DNA of 64,000 bases, taken from Spartobacteria bacterium (GTDB lineage Bacteria > Verrucomicrobiota > Verrucomicrobiia > Chthoniobacterales > UBA6821). The position numbers and the translations under genes were made by a program. A model generated the notes under the pieces. That model made no database searches and was not told the origin of the DNA. It was given only the letters and a program-made list of their open reading frames with translations. Location of the stretch: contig CANIVT010000001.1 of assembly GCA_947471565.1 (NCBI GenBank), forward strand, positions 132,612-196,611, given 5' to 3'. Of this stretch, positions 26,948 through 36,154 are shown piece by piece; positions within the stretch are counted from its first letter, which is position 1; each line of letters opens with the position of its first letter.

Positions 26948-27982
26948 GTGAAAAGCGTTTCCAGATGGTCCGCGCGTGAAATTGATCCCAGGGCAAACAC
27001 TGCCTTCCTTTCTGCCATCGAGCTGATCGGTCCCGAGCTCTACTCTGTCGAGGAGAGGATCCGTGAGCAGTCCAAGGCCGTGGATGCCGGCATCGAGCAC
27101 TATTTTGAGTATGCGATCGGAGGGAGTGGCAAGCGTCTGCGTCCCGCGCTGGCACTGCTGGCCGGGGGGGCCACCGGGCGCGTGGTCTCCGACCATGTCG
27201 ATCTGGCCGTCATTCTTGAACTCATCCACATCGCGAGCCTCGTCCATGACGACATCATGGATGGCGCCGACAAGAGGCGCGATCGCCCCACCCTCAACGC
27301 CAAATGGGGTAATTCCCTGACCGTGCTGGTCGGTGATGTCCTGTTCGCCCATGCGCTACGACTTTCCACCAAGTTTCCGAACGCCGTCTCGAGGCGTATC
27401 GCGGATGCGGCGGCTGATGTCTGCACGGGGGAGATCCTCCAGACGCAGAAGAGGTTCGATCTGAATCTGCCGCTCTCCGAGTATTACCGGATGGTCCAGA
27501 TGAAGACGGGTGCCCTCTTCTCAGCTGCCACAGAGCTCGGGGCCTACCTGAGCGGCTCCTCTCCCACGGTGATCGGGGCGCTCCGCACCTACGGTGATAA
27601 GGTCGGTATTGCCTATCAGGTGCTCGATGACTGCATCGATCTCGTCGGTGACGAGGAGATGATCGGCAAGACACTCGGAACGGACCTGTCCTGCGGCAAG
27701 TTCACCCTGCCGGTCCTCCTGTTGCTCCAGCGCTCCACCCCTGCACAGCGTGAGGAACTGAGTTCGATGCTTCTGGCCGACGGTGGAATGGATGCCACGG
27801 TTCTTCTGGAACTCGTCCGATCGCGCGGTGCCCTGACAGCTGCTGTCGCCGCTGGCACCTTGCTGGTCGATGAGGCGGAGGCCGCTCTGTCCGTGGTTCA
27901 GGAGAACCGCCATGCCGAGGCCTTGCGCTCCATGACGGAATATCTGCGGGGGGTCTTCGGTTCTTTGGATACGGCGGGCTGA
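26948..27982 (+). CDS. polyprenyl diphosphate synthase (long-chain, IspB-like)
   Basis: First Asp-rich motif LVHDDIMDG and second YQVLDDCID. GKRLRP. GTG start. Confidence 0.8.
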   Translation: MKSVSRWSAREIDPRANTAFLSAIELIGPELYSVEERIREQSKAVDAGIEHYFEYAIGGSGKRLRPALALLAGGATGRVVSDHVDLAVILELIHIASLVHDDIMDGADKRRDRPTLNAKWGNSLTVLVGDVLFAHALRLSTKFPNAVSRRIADAAADVCTGEILQTQKRFDLNLPLSEYYRMVQMKTGALFSAATELGAYLSGSSPTVIGALRTYGDKVGIAYQVLDDCIDLVGDEEMIGKTLGTDLSCGKFTLPVLLLLQRSTPAQREELSSMLLADGGMDATVLLELVRSRGALTAAVAAGTLLVDEAEAALSVVQENRHAEALRSMTEYLRGVFGSLDTAG

Positions 27983-28027
27983 GGGGAGTTGCTGGCTGTA
28001 GTGGGTAACGGGTGCCCTTTTCTCCAA

Positions 28028-28219
28028 GGTGAGTTAGAACCGTTAAAATGTTAGAAGGGTTACAAAGGGCTGAATGAGGCCCCTTGCTCTGGTTCCTCGA
28101 GAAATGCAGGCGCTGCAAGTTCTCGGAATGTTCTGCACCAAAGAATGAGATCGGTATGCTTCGGATCTACCTTGCAACCTTTTAACGATTCTAACCCTTT
28201 TAACATTTCAGCATTCACC
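28028..28219. repeat. inverted pair of GTTAnAA word arrays flanking a ~108-bp core
   Basis: The left array is gttagaacc-gttaaaat-gttagaagg-gttacaaaggg. The reverse complement of the right array is gttaaaagg-gttagaatc-gttaaaag-gttgcaagg. Same word family as 13453-13484 and 56462-56494. Confidence 0.7.
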
Positions 28220-28297
28220 TTCCCCTTGCAGAGTGCGGTGACCGCAGTAGGTTGCCGGGTGATCTCCCCGTGTTTTCGTGAACTTCCCGAGGAGGAG

Positions 28298-28954
28298 ATG
28301 CCCCGGGAGCGTCTCCTTAAGCATGGGGCTGCCATCCTGACTGATGCCGAGTTGCTGGCGATTTTCCTCCGTACCGGAAGGGTCGGGGCCGATGTCATGA
28401 CCGTGGCCAAATCGCTGATTGCCGAATGGGGAACCCTGCGCAGGCTAGCCGGATGCACCCCGCAGGAGCTTTCCCGTATCTCCGGGATCGGCAAGGCTAA
28501 GGCGGCGGAGCTCAAAGCCGCCTTTGAGATGGGTCGCCGGATGGCTCGCCCCGAGGAGGAGAAGGTGCGTGTCGACCGCGCCGGGGTGATCCACTCCCTG
28601 CTTGCGCCGGAGATGCAGGAACTTCCCCATGAGTCGCTCCGGGTCCTACTGCTCGATACACGCCACGGACTGCTTGATGTCCGGGAGGTCTCCAAGGGGA
28701 GCCTCAACGAGAGCATCGCCCATCCCCGGGAGATTTTCCGTCCGGCCATTGCTGCCGGGGCCTATGCGGTGGCAGTTGCCCACAACCATCCCTCAGGGGA
28801 TCCCCAACCCAGCGAGGCGGACCGTCGTCTGACCCGACGGCTCGCCGAAGCCGGAACGCTCCTGCAGATTCCGCTCGTCGATCACGTGATCATCGGTGCT
28901 AGGCGAGGGGAGTTGCCGCCCTACTTCAGCTTCCGCGAGGCGGGACTTTTGTAG
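28298..28954 (+). CDS. radC: RadC-family JAB-domain protein
   Basis: MPRERLLKHGAAILTDAELLAIFLRTG, and the JAMM-like motif VAHNHPSGDPQPSEADRRLT. GGAGGAG lies upstream of the ATG at 28298. Confidence 0.8.
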   Translation: MPRERLLKHGAAILTDAELLAIFLRTGRVGADVMTVAKSLIAEWGTLRRLAGCTPQELSRISGIGKAKAAELKAAFEMGRRMARPEEEKVRVDRAGVIHSLLAPEMQELPHESLRVLLLDTRHGLLDVREVSKGSLNESIAHPREIFRPAIAAGAYAVAVAHNHPSGDPQPSEADRRLTRRLAEAGTLLQIPLVDHVIIGARRGELPPYFSFREAGLL

Positions 28955-29036
28955 GCAATAGGTGATGGGGAATGGGGAATGGGGGGGAGACTGTTAGACT
29001 GAAGGCTAAAGACTGTTAGGAAAGATCGGGGGGGAT

Positions 29037-29111
29037 TTTGACGGCATCCGCCTCCCGGCGGAGGGTGCCGCCGCGCGGGCTACGACTTCGTCGTAGTCTT
29101 ACGCGCGGCTT
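29037..29111. repeat. 75-bp structured repeat, copy 1 (long version continues to 29207)
   Basis: tttgacggcatccgcctcccggcggagggtgccgccgcgcgggctacgacttcgtcgtagtcttacgcgcggctt. It contains a nested hairpin: ccgcgcg..ctacgac-ttc-gtcgtag..cgcgcgg. Confidence 0.85.
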
Positions 29112-29325
29112 GCCTCGCTCACTCCCGCTCACCTCGCCCTTGTGGGCTGTCCTATCGGACAGGCTACGCCGTGACTCCCGTCACTCGTCGGTCCCAGCCG
29201 CTTGTTTGTCTGCCGATCCTCTCGGATCAGGCATCCTAGAATCTGCTGATCCTCGGACTTCTCGGCCTGCACCTCAAATGACATCACCATGGTGAGGCAA
29301 GCAAAGACGCGTTCCCGTAACTTTG

Positions 29326-29400
29326 TTTGACGGCATCCGCCTCCCGGCGGACGGTGCCGCCCTGCGGGCTACGACTTCGTCGTAGTCTTACGCGCGGCTT
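29326..29400. repeat. 75-bp structured repeat, copy 2 (short version)
   Basis: Same 75 bp as 29037-29111 with about 3 mismatches. It is followed directly by cccagccgcttgttt, which in copy 1 lies 81 bp further on (29193-29207). Confidence 0.85.
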
Positions 29401-29455
29401 CCCAGCCGCTTGTTTCATCCTTCATAAATCATCCTTCATCCTTCATAATTCTCTG

Positions 29456-30268
29456 ATGCCCATGATCCACCCCACGGCGATTGTCGATCCTGCTGCCCGA
29501 CTTGCCTCCGATGTGGAGGTGGGTCCAGGAGTGATTATTGAAGCCGGGGCGGTGATCGGAGAGGGGTGCCGGATTCAGGCGCGCGCTATCATCACCGGGC
29601 ATGTGAGAATGGGTGCGCGCAACACGATCGGCTACGGGGCCATCGTGGGATCGGATCCCCAGGATTTTTCCTTCAAGTCATCGACTCCCAGTTTCGTGGA
29701 AATCGGGGACGATAACGTCATCCGCGAATACGCCACACTCCACCGCGCCACCAAGGAGGGTGGGGCGACGCGTCTCGGGAACAACAACTTCCTGATGGTC
29801 GGCGTCCACATGGGCCATGACTCCACAGTCGCTAACCGGGTGGTGATCGCCAACAACTGCCTGCTTGCGGGACATGTCGAGGTGCAGGACGGGGCCGTGC
29901 TGGGCGGAGGCTCGGTCTTCCACCAGTTCCTGCGCGTCGGGAAACTCTGCATGGTCCGGGGAGGCGAGCGCTTCAACAAGGACATCCCTCCCTTCGTCTC
30001 CGCTTACGGCACTAGCCTTGTCTCCGGGATCAACGCCATCGGCCTCAAGCGCGCGGGTTTCTCCGCAGAGACTCGCATGGAGATTAAGAGGGCCTTCAAA
30101 CTCGTGTACCGGGAGGGTTTCAATATTTCCCAAGCCATTGAGGAGTCCAAAAAGCAGTCCTGGGGGACTGAAGCCCAGTACTTTCTCGATTTCATTGCCT
30201 CGGCTCAAAGGCGCGGCGTCAGTTCCGTCGCCCGTCGCGGTGCATTCTTCACTAACGATGATGAGTGA
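29456..30268 (+). CDS. lpxA: acyl-ACP--UDP-N-acetylglucosamine O-acyltransferase
   Basis: MPMIHPTAIVDPAARLASDVEVGPGVII..., hexapeptide repeats, and GNNNFLMVGVHMGHD. The track's upstream extension is repeat DNA. Confidence 0.85.
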   Translation: MPMIHPTAIVDPAARLASDVEVGPGVIIEAGAVIGEGCRIQARAIITGHVRMGARNTIGYGAIVGSDPQDFSFKSSTPSFVEIGDDNVIREYATLHRATKEGGATRLGNNNFLMVGVHMGHDSTVANRVVIANNCLLAGHVEVQDGAVLGGGSVFHQFLRVGKLCMVRGGERFNKDIPPFVSAYGTSLVSGINAIGLKRAGFSAETRMEIKRAFKLVYREGFNISQAIEESKKQSWGTEAQYFLDFIASAQRRGVSSVARRGAFFTNDDE

Positions 30269-30397
30269 AGCCAGCGGGGTGAAATTCCCTATTCAGGCAC
30301 TTCCGCGCTCCTGCGACGAATTCCGTCATCTTTGTAGGGACTAACTACAGCTTTTCTTGCCTGGCTTGTTCTTCACCCGATCCGGCCAAGCCTGAAA

Positions 30398-30676
30398 TTA
30401 GGCCTCGGATTGCGATTGATGGTGATATGCAAGTCCGATGTGGGACATGATCTGCCCCCAAAGAAGGCAGAAATAGAACAAAGTGATGTGTTGGTGAATG
30501 CTAAAGCCATGCTTAATCCATACACCGATGCAGATACAGGTAAGTAATCCCGTAATGCCTCCACTGGAGATCATTCCAACAAGTGAAAATAAAATACCAA
30601 ATAGCAACCACCAGTTTTCTTGTTGACAGGACCAAATAGGTATTCCTGCAAAAGTGCCAGCAGCAAAAAAGAACAT
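30398..30676 (-). CDS. hypothetical small membrane protein (3 predicted TM segments) in an AT-rich patch
   Basis: 92-aa ORF with an ATG start and hydrophobic segments (WWLLFGILFSLVGMI, GLLTCICIGVWI, LFYFCLLWG). No homology recognised. Confidence 0.35.
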   Translation of the reverse strand: MFFFAAGTFAGIPIWSCQQENWWLLFGILFSLVGMISSGGITGLLTCICIGVWIKHGFSIHQHITLFYFCLLWGQIMSHIGLAYHHQSQSEA

Positions 30677-30814
30677 AAAAGATCAGTATCTGAGAGATTT
30701 TTTGTCAAGAGGTCATGTGCTTAGGGAATCCAGCACTATAGGTTTTCTTTGTCGAAGAAATTTTTCTATCGGATTCATTCCTGTCTTCCTGCTTTCCAGA
30801 TTCATAATCACACG

Positions 30815-30843
30815 AAAAAGGCCGCGCCCTTTCGAACGTGGCC
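30815..30843 (-). terminator. Rho-independent terminator after the glutaredoxin-like gene / rpsA unit
   Basis: On the minus-strand RNA: GGCCACG-uucgaaaggg-CGCGGCC (one A.C mismatch) followed by UUUUU, 25 nt downstream of the stop at 30868. Confidence 0.55.
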
Positions 30844-30867
30844 TTCTTGTTGAGTTGATCGGATGCC

Positions 30868-31224
30868 TTAGAAGTTGACCTTGATATTTTGGGCAGCTTC
30901 ACGGGCCATCGCCTCGTGCTGGGCGTCGGTGCAGGGGGCGTTCAGCGGGACGTCGGTCTTGACGTCGTTGGCTGAGACGATTCCCTTCTCAAGCATGTAG
31001 GCCTCAACTTCCTCTCCGCTGATGTCGGGCAGCATAACCCCGTTGATCTCCACGCAGGGGGAGAGGGGTTGGCCGCTCTTCTGCTCCATTTCGAAGCGGA
31101 AGGCCGGGTTCCTGATGATGTCCTTCTCCGTGTAGGGGAGGGAGTATTTGGCAAGAACTGCTCGGACCCCGTTGCTCCACCCGCAGGTGGTCTTGAGGTA
31201 GGCGGTGACTTCGTGCTGTGACAT
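30868..31224 (-). CDS. glutaredoxin-like (thioredoxin-fold) protein with CGWS site
   Basis: 118 aa from the ATG at 31224: VTAYLKTTCGWSNGVRAVLAKYSLPYTEKDI...PCVEINGVMLPD fits the Grx/NrdH fold. Single active-site Cys motif. Confidence 0.6.
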   Translation of the reverse strand: MSQHEVTAYLKTTCGWSNGVRAVLAKYSLPYTEKDIIRNPAFRFEMEQKSGQPLSPCVEINGVMLPDISGEEVEAYMLEKGIVSANDVKTDVPLNAPCTDAQHEAMAREAAQNIKVNF

Positions 31225-31246
31225 GGCTGGTGAGGCGTGATGGGGC

Positions 31247-32938
31247 TTATTTTTTGCCCTGGCCGGGACGATACTCCTCCTCGGCGGCTTGAAGAGCTGC
31301 ACCGAAGCTGACCATGTCCTCGCCGCTCTTGACGCTCTCCAGCGACTCGCTCTCCTTGCGGAGCGCTTCCTCGCTGTAATTGGTCGCCTTGATGGAGAGG
31401 CCGAGACGGCGCTCGGTCTTGTCGATCTTGATGACGCGGGCCTCGACCTCTTGGCCGGGCTTGAGGACGTCCTTGACCTTCTCGACACGGTCCTCGCTGA
31501 TCTGCGAGATGTGGACGAGTCCGTCGATGTCGCCGGGCAGCTCCACGAAGGCGCCGAAGTTGGCGATCTTGGAGACGGTTCCCTTGACGACGTCACCGAC
31601 CTTGAACTTGGACTCGATCTCCTTCCAGGGATCGGTCTCGAGCTGCTTCATGCCCAGGCTGATGCGCTGGTTGGCCTTGTCGATGTCGATAACGACCGCG
31701 TCCACCTCGTCGCCCTTCTTGAGGACTTCGCTCGGGTGGTTGACCTTCTTGGTCCAGCTGAGGTCGGAGACGTGCACCATGCCGTCGATGCCTTCCTCCA
31801 GCTCCACGAAGGCGCCGTAGGCGGTCATGTTGCGGACCTGGCCGCGGACCTGCTTGCCGATCATGTAGCGCTGCTCGATCTCGTCCCAAGGATTGGGCTC
31901 GAGCTGGCGGACACCGAGGGAGATCTTCTGATCCTCCTTGTTGACGCCGAGCACCACGGCCTCGACTTCCTGCCCGAGGGTAAGGACGTCGGACGGGCGG
32001 CTGATGCGCTTGGTCCAGCTGAGTTCGGAGACGTGGATGAGTCCCTCGATGCCGTCCTCGAGCTGCACAAAGGCGCCGTAGGGCATGAGGTTCGTGATCT
32101 TGCCCTTGACCTTCTGGCCGATGGGGAAGCGCTCGTCGATGCGCTCCCAGGGATTGGACTGGAGCTGCTTGAGGCCGAGGCTGATGCGCTCCTTGTCCTT
32201 GTTGATCTCGAGGACGACCACGGTGAGGCGGTCGCCGGGCTTGACTGCCTCGCTCGGGTGGGTGAGGCGGGCCCAGGACATGTCGGTGATGTGGAGGAGT
32301 CCGTCGATACCGTCCAGATCGAGGAAGGCGCCGAAGTCGGTGATGTTCTTCACCGTACCCTCGACCTTGTCACCGGCGCTCATGGTGCCGAGGAACTGCT
32401 GGCGGCGTTCGCTGCGCTCGGCCTCGATGAGTTCGCGGCGGCTGAGGACGACGTTCTTGCGGTCCTCGTTGAGCTTCACGATCTTGAAATCGTAGGTGTT
32501 GCCGACGAAGGAGGTGAGGTCCTTCGGGGGATTGATGTCGACCTGGGAGGCGGGGAGGAAAGCCTCGACGCCAACATTGACGATGAGGCCGCCCTTCACG
32601 ACGGACTTCACGCGGCCCTTGATGATGCCCTCGGCCTCGAACAGCTTGACAATCTTGGACCAGTTCTGGCGCTGGGATGCCTTTTGCTTGGAGAGGATGA
32701 CCATGCCCTGGTCGTTTTCGAGGCGCTCGAGGAGGACCTCGACCTCGTCACCGACCTGGATCTCGTCCGGGTCGTCGAATTCGGATGCGGAAACCACACC
32801 CTCGGACTTGTAGCCGATGTCGATGAGGAATTCCTTGGGGCGCTTCTCGAGGACGTGCCCCTTGACGATGCTTCCTTCACGGTAGTTTTTAACCGAGGAG
32901 GCGATGAGTTGCTGAAGTTCAGCGGTTGTAGTTGTCAT
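31247..32938 (-). CDS. rpsA: 30S ribosomal protein S1
   Basis: 563 aa with six S1 repeats (e.g. GxVxxITDFGAFLDLDG..GLLHISD..W). Confidence 0.9.
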   Translation of the reverse strand: MTTTTAELQQLIASSVKNYREGSIVKGHVLEKRPKEFLIDIGYKSEGVVSASEFDDPDEIQVGDEVEVLLERLENDQGMVILSKQKASQRQNWSKIVKLFEAEGIIKGRVKSVVKGGLIVNVGVEAFLPASQVDINPPKDLTSFVGNTYDFKIVKLNEDRKNVVLSRRELIEAERSERRQQFLGTMSAGDKVEGTVKNITDFGAFLDLDGIDGLLHITDMSWARLTHPSEAVKPGDRLTVVVLEINKDKERISLGLKQLQSNPWERIDERFPIGQKVKGKITNLMPYGAFVQLEDGIEGLIHVSELSWTKRISRPSDVLTLGQEVEAVVLGVNKEDQKISLGVRQLEPNPWDEIEQRYMIGKQVRGQVRNMTAYGAFVELEEGIDGMVHVSDLSWTKKVNHPSEVLKKGDEVDAVVIDIDKANQRISLGMKQLETDPWKEIESKFKVGDVVKGTVSKIANFGAFVELPGDIDGLVHISQISEDRVEKVKDVLKPGQEVEARVIKIDKTERRLGLSIKATNYSEEALRKESESLESVKSGEDMVSFGAALQAAEEEYRPGQGKK

Positions 32939-33078
32939 GATGTATTTGATGACTTCCGCGGAGAGATCGTGACCGACCTGTCCGGACGTGGCTCCTTTTC
33001 AGCGACGGCGGAAGAGCAGAAAATCCTATCAATCCCTGCTTGCAGGGCAACGCCTTTTTCTCCTTTTTAGTTGGTTTC

Positions 33079-34152
33079 ATGAAACCCGCTTCCGAGATCC
33101 GTCCCCTGCATTTTCTGCTCAAGGAGGAACTCGAGGAGAGTCTGGTGTCACTTGACCAACCCTCCTATCGGGCCGGACAGGTTCTGGAATGGGCCTACGG
33201 ACGGGAGAAGCGGGTCGAGTCCTGGGATGGAATGACCAATCTCCCTGCCGCCCTCCGGTCGGCTCTTGCTGAGAAGCACCCCATCTCCCTGCCCGAGGTG
33301 GTGACCGTTAGTGGTTCCAAGGACACGACTCGGAAGTTTCTCTTGAGGCTTCAAGACGGTGAGATGATCGAGACCGTGCTCATCCCCGCCTCGCCCGCCC
33401 TCTACGGCGAGGAATCGGACCGCCGTACGCTCTGCGTTTCTTCACAGGTGGGTTGCGCCTATGGATGTAAATTCTGCGCCAGCGGTTTAGATGGATGGAA
33501 GAGGCACCTCTCCGCCGATGAAATCGTTTCTCAGGTGCTGCTGGCTGAAAAGATTTCTGGGGAGCGGATCAATAATCTCGTCTTTATGGGCATGGGTGAA
33601 CCGATGGCCAATTACGACAACTGGCTCCGAGCCGTTTCCATTCTCAATGCCCCCTGGGGCGTTGGTCTTGGTGCGCGCAAGATGACTGTTTCGACGAGCG
33701 GGCTTGTTCCCCGTATCCGTGATCTCGCCGATCAACCCCTCCAGATCCGGCTCGCGATTTCCTTGCACGGGGCCAGTGATGAGGTGCGCGGGCAGATCAT
33801 GCCGGTGAATAAAAAATATCCGGTTTCCGAGTTGATGGATGCCTGTTCCTACTACTGCGACCGCAAGAAGCAGATGATCACCTTCGAGTACATCCTGATC
33901 GAGGGAGTGAACGATGCCGTTGAGGAGGCGCGCCTTCTGGCCGAGAGGGCGAGGGGACTGCGGGCGAAGATCAACCTGATCCCTTACAACACGGTGGAAG
34001 GATTGCCCTGGAAGCGTCCCTCTGAGGCGGTGCAGGAGGAGTTCCTCTCGATTTTGTTGGGACGCGGGATCGCCGCAACGATACGGCGTGAGAAGGGACA
34101 CGACATTGATGCCGCCTGCGGCCAACTGCGCCGACGGATGTCCGCTGCCTAA
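33079..34152 (+). CDS. rlmN: 23S rRNA/tRNA (adenine-C2)-methyltransferase, radical SAM
   Basis: SYRAGQVLEWAY, radical-SAM cluster motif GCAYGCKFCASG, and MGMGEP. ATG at 33079. Confidence 0.85.
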   Translation: MKPASEIRPLHFLLKEELEESLVSLDQPSYRAGQVLEWAYGREKRVESWDGMTNLPAALRSALAEKHPISLPEVVTVSGSKDTTRKFLLRLQDGEMIETVLIPASPALYGEESDRRTLCVSSQVGCAYGCKFCASGLDGWKRHLSADEIVSQVLLAEKISGERINNLVFMGMGEPMANYDNWLRAVSILNAPWGVGLGARKMTVSTSGLVPRIRDLADQPLQIRLAISLHGASDEVRGQIMPVNKKYPVSELMDACSYYCDRKKQMITFEYILIEGVNDAVEEARLLAERARGLRAKINLIPYNTVEGLPWKRPSEAVQEEFLSILLGRGIAATIRREKGHDIDAACGQLRRRMSAA

Positions 34153-34209
34153 CTTTAGGTTTCCGCCGCATTGACTTTCCCTGTTTCCCCTTTTGCAATT
34201 TGTCATCCC

Positions 34210-34884
34210 ATGAGCCATCCCGATTCTGATTCCCAGATCACCGCTCCCAAGAGGACCATCATCATCGGGGATGTGCACGGATGCTTCCACGAATTGAAGA
34301 AGCTTCTCGAGGCAGTGGAGATCCGGCCGAGCGACGAGATCATCAGTGTCGGTGATCTCGTGCGCAAAGGACCAGACAGCGCGGCAGTCCTTCGATGGGC
34401 CATGGAGACGCCTAATCTGCGTTGTGTTCTTGGAAATCATGACGCGAGGCTACTTTTCCGTTGGCTTGAGGGGCAGAAGCCCGATCGCGGCTCGGCAGAC
34501 TGGGAGATGCACCGTCAATTGGGGGATTCCTACAACGATGCCATGGAATACATCCGCTCCTGGCCCCTCTACATTGAGATGGGAGAATTCCTGGTGGTCC
34601 ATGCTGGCCTTGATCCCCGTGTTTCCACGGTACGGTTGCAGTCGCCCCATGACCTCATGACCATCCGGGTGCCCGATGGGATGCATGTTCCGTGGTATGA
34701 AGCCTACACGGGGGAGCAGGTTGTGGTTTTCGGTCATTGGGCGAGGAACGAACCCCTGATCCGCCCCAAGACGATTGGTCTCGATACGAGTTGCGTTTAC
34801 GGAGGGCATCTGACGGCTCTGATTCTTCCGGAGAGACGGCTGATCAGCGTTGCCGCGGAAAAAGTTTACCAGCGGAAGGACTGA
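34210..34884 (+). CDS. PPP-family metallophosphoesterase (ApaH/PrpE-like)
   Basis: The motifs GDVHGC, GDLVRKG and GNHD appear in the canonical order. ATG at 34210. Confidence 0.7.
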   Translation: MSHPDSDSQITAPKRTIIIGDVHGCFHELKKLLEAVEIRPSDEIISVGDLVRKGPDSAAVLRWAMETPNLRCVLGNHDARLLFRWLEGQKPDRGSADWEMHRQLGDSYNDAMEYIRSWPLYIEMGEFLVVHAGLDPRVSTVRLQSPHDLMTIRVPDGMHVPWYEAYTGEQVVVFGHWARNEPLIRPKTIGLDTSCVYGGHLTALILPERRLISVAAEKVYQRKD

Positions 34885-34888
34885 AACG

Positions 34889-36139
34889 ATGAGCGTGCTG
34901 TCATCCTCCGAGAATCCGCCGCAGCTCAGGGGGTTCCTGGGAGGCGTTTTTCTGACGCAGATCGTCGACAGCGCGCTGCATCTCGCCCAACCCCTCCTTC
35001 TTGCCAAGATTTCGGGATCGATGGGAGGTGCAGCTTTTTTCTCGGCCTTTGACACGGGGGTGCACATGGCCGGCACCTATCTCGGCGGGTGGCCCACTGA
35101 TCGCTTCGGTGCCCGGCGCGTTTTGGTGGTCTCCACCTTCCTGCGTGCGGTCGTGCTGGCGTGGATTCCGATCATGATGATCGGGGGATTCATGAATCTC
35201 TGGCTGGCGATGGGATGCTACACGCTGGAGGCCCTCATCCGTGGCTTTGTTGATGCCTCCGTGCACACCGTTCCCCTGGAGTTGGCGCGACACCGCGCTG
35301 AGGAACTCGACCGGATCAATTCGCGCTACGAGTTGAGTTTCGATCTCGGCGGGGTTGCCGGTCCGCTGATGCTCGGGGGACTCATGATCTGGGGAGGGAA
35401 AGTCGTGCCTCATATCATCATTCCGGCGGGATTCGTCCTTTCGTCCGCGTTCTATCTCTTCATTCCAGAGAGGAAGGCGGGGCAAACGATGACTCCGGGA
35501 TTGCACGGAAATGTCCCAAAGCACGGGCACCTACCCTCCGGCGGTTCCTGGGCAGGTATCAGACACATCCTAAGCCATCGTCCCCTGCTCATCGCCTGTG
35601 CCGGGCTGATGTCATTCAGTATCTATCCGCTGCGCAAGTTGCTCAGTGCGTTCTTCGCGAAAGCATTGCTTCGCAATTCTTCCTCGGTGGGTCATGTCGG
35701 TGCCGCCTTTGCATTGGGCGGCGTGATCGGCGCCCTGATCTACTCGCGGACCAAGCACCGTGGCACCGGATTCCTCTGGGTGGCGCTCGGGGCGGCCGGG
35801 ACCTTCCTGCTGGCGGTGGGTTGGATGCCCGCCAATCTTTGGATCATGGTCGTGGTGGTTTTCCTGTTCGGCGTCGCCAATGTCTGCGCCAGGTTAACCC
35901 TAACCCGCAAGAGACAGGAACTCACACCCCTTGAACATGCCGGCGGCGTGACCTCTGCATCCCAGTTCGGGGTGAACGCGGTCTCCGTCGTCATGAAAGC
36001 CATTGTGGGCGCGGCATTCTCACTTGGCTTTGGCGCGTATGCTGCTTTCGGTATTGTCGGAGGTGTTCTCGGGTTGCTCGCCGGGGGGCAGTTCTTTTTG
36101 GCGAGATACTTGGCAAGGCATGAAATCTCCAAGCCCTGA
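34889..36139 (+). CDS. MFS transporter
   Basis: About 12 hydrophobic segments. The loop motif GGWPTDRFGARR is MFS-type (D-R-x-G-R-R). Confidence 0.65.
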   Translation: MSVLSSSENPPQLRGFLGGVFLTQIVDSALHLAQPLLLAKISGSMGGAAFFSAFDTGVHMAGTYLGGWPTDRFGARRVLVVSTFLRAVVLAWIPIMMIGGFMNLWLAMGCYTLEALIRGFVDASVHTVPLELARHRAEELDRINSRYELSFDLGGVAGPLMLGGLMIWGGKVVPHIIIPAGFVLSSAFYLFIPERKAGQTMTPGLHGNVPKHGHLPSGGSWAGIRHILSHRPLLIACAGLMSFSIYPLRKLLSAFFAKALLRNSSSVGHVGAAFALGGVIGALIYSRTKHRGTGFLWVALGAAGTFLLAVGWMPANLWIMVVVVFLFGVANVCARLTLTRKRQELTPLEHAGGVTSASQFGVNAVSVVMKAIVGAAFSLGFGAYAAFGIVGGVLGLLAGGQFFLARYLARHEISKP

Positions 36140-36154
36140 TCCGATTAGGGCTTG

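Noticed and set aside
29038-29455. ORFs starting MTASASRR(R/T)VPP... (29038..29295 and the N-terminal extension of the 29327 ORF)
   Set aside because: The 'paralogous' peptides arise because both ORFs read through the two copies of a 75-bp DNA repeat. They are Arg/Ser-rich with no RBS logic. lpxA has a proper start at 29456.
30654-30902. Overlapping ORFs 30654..30878 (+) and 30705..30902 (-) in the AT-rich patch
   Set aside because: They are mutually overlapping, overlap the terminator and the 3' end of the glutaredoxin-like gene, and have no signal, motif or RBS support.
31289-33070. 593-aa plus-strand ORF antisense to rpsA
   Set aside because: It mirrors the six S1 repeats as repetitive DL/GL/VD-rich sequence. 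rpsA on the other strand is unambiguous.
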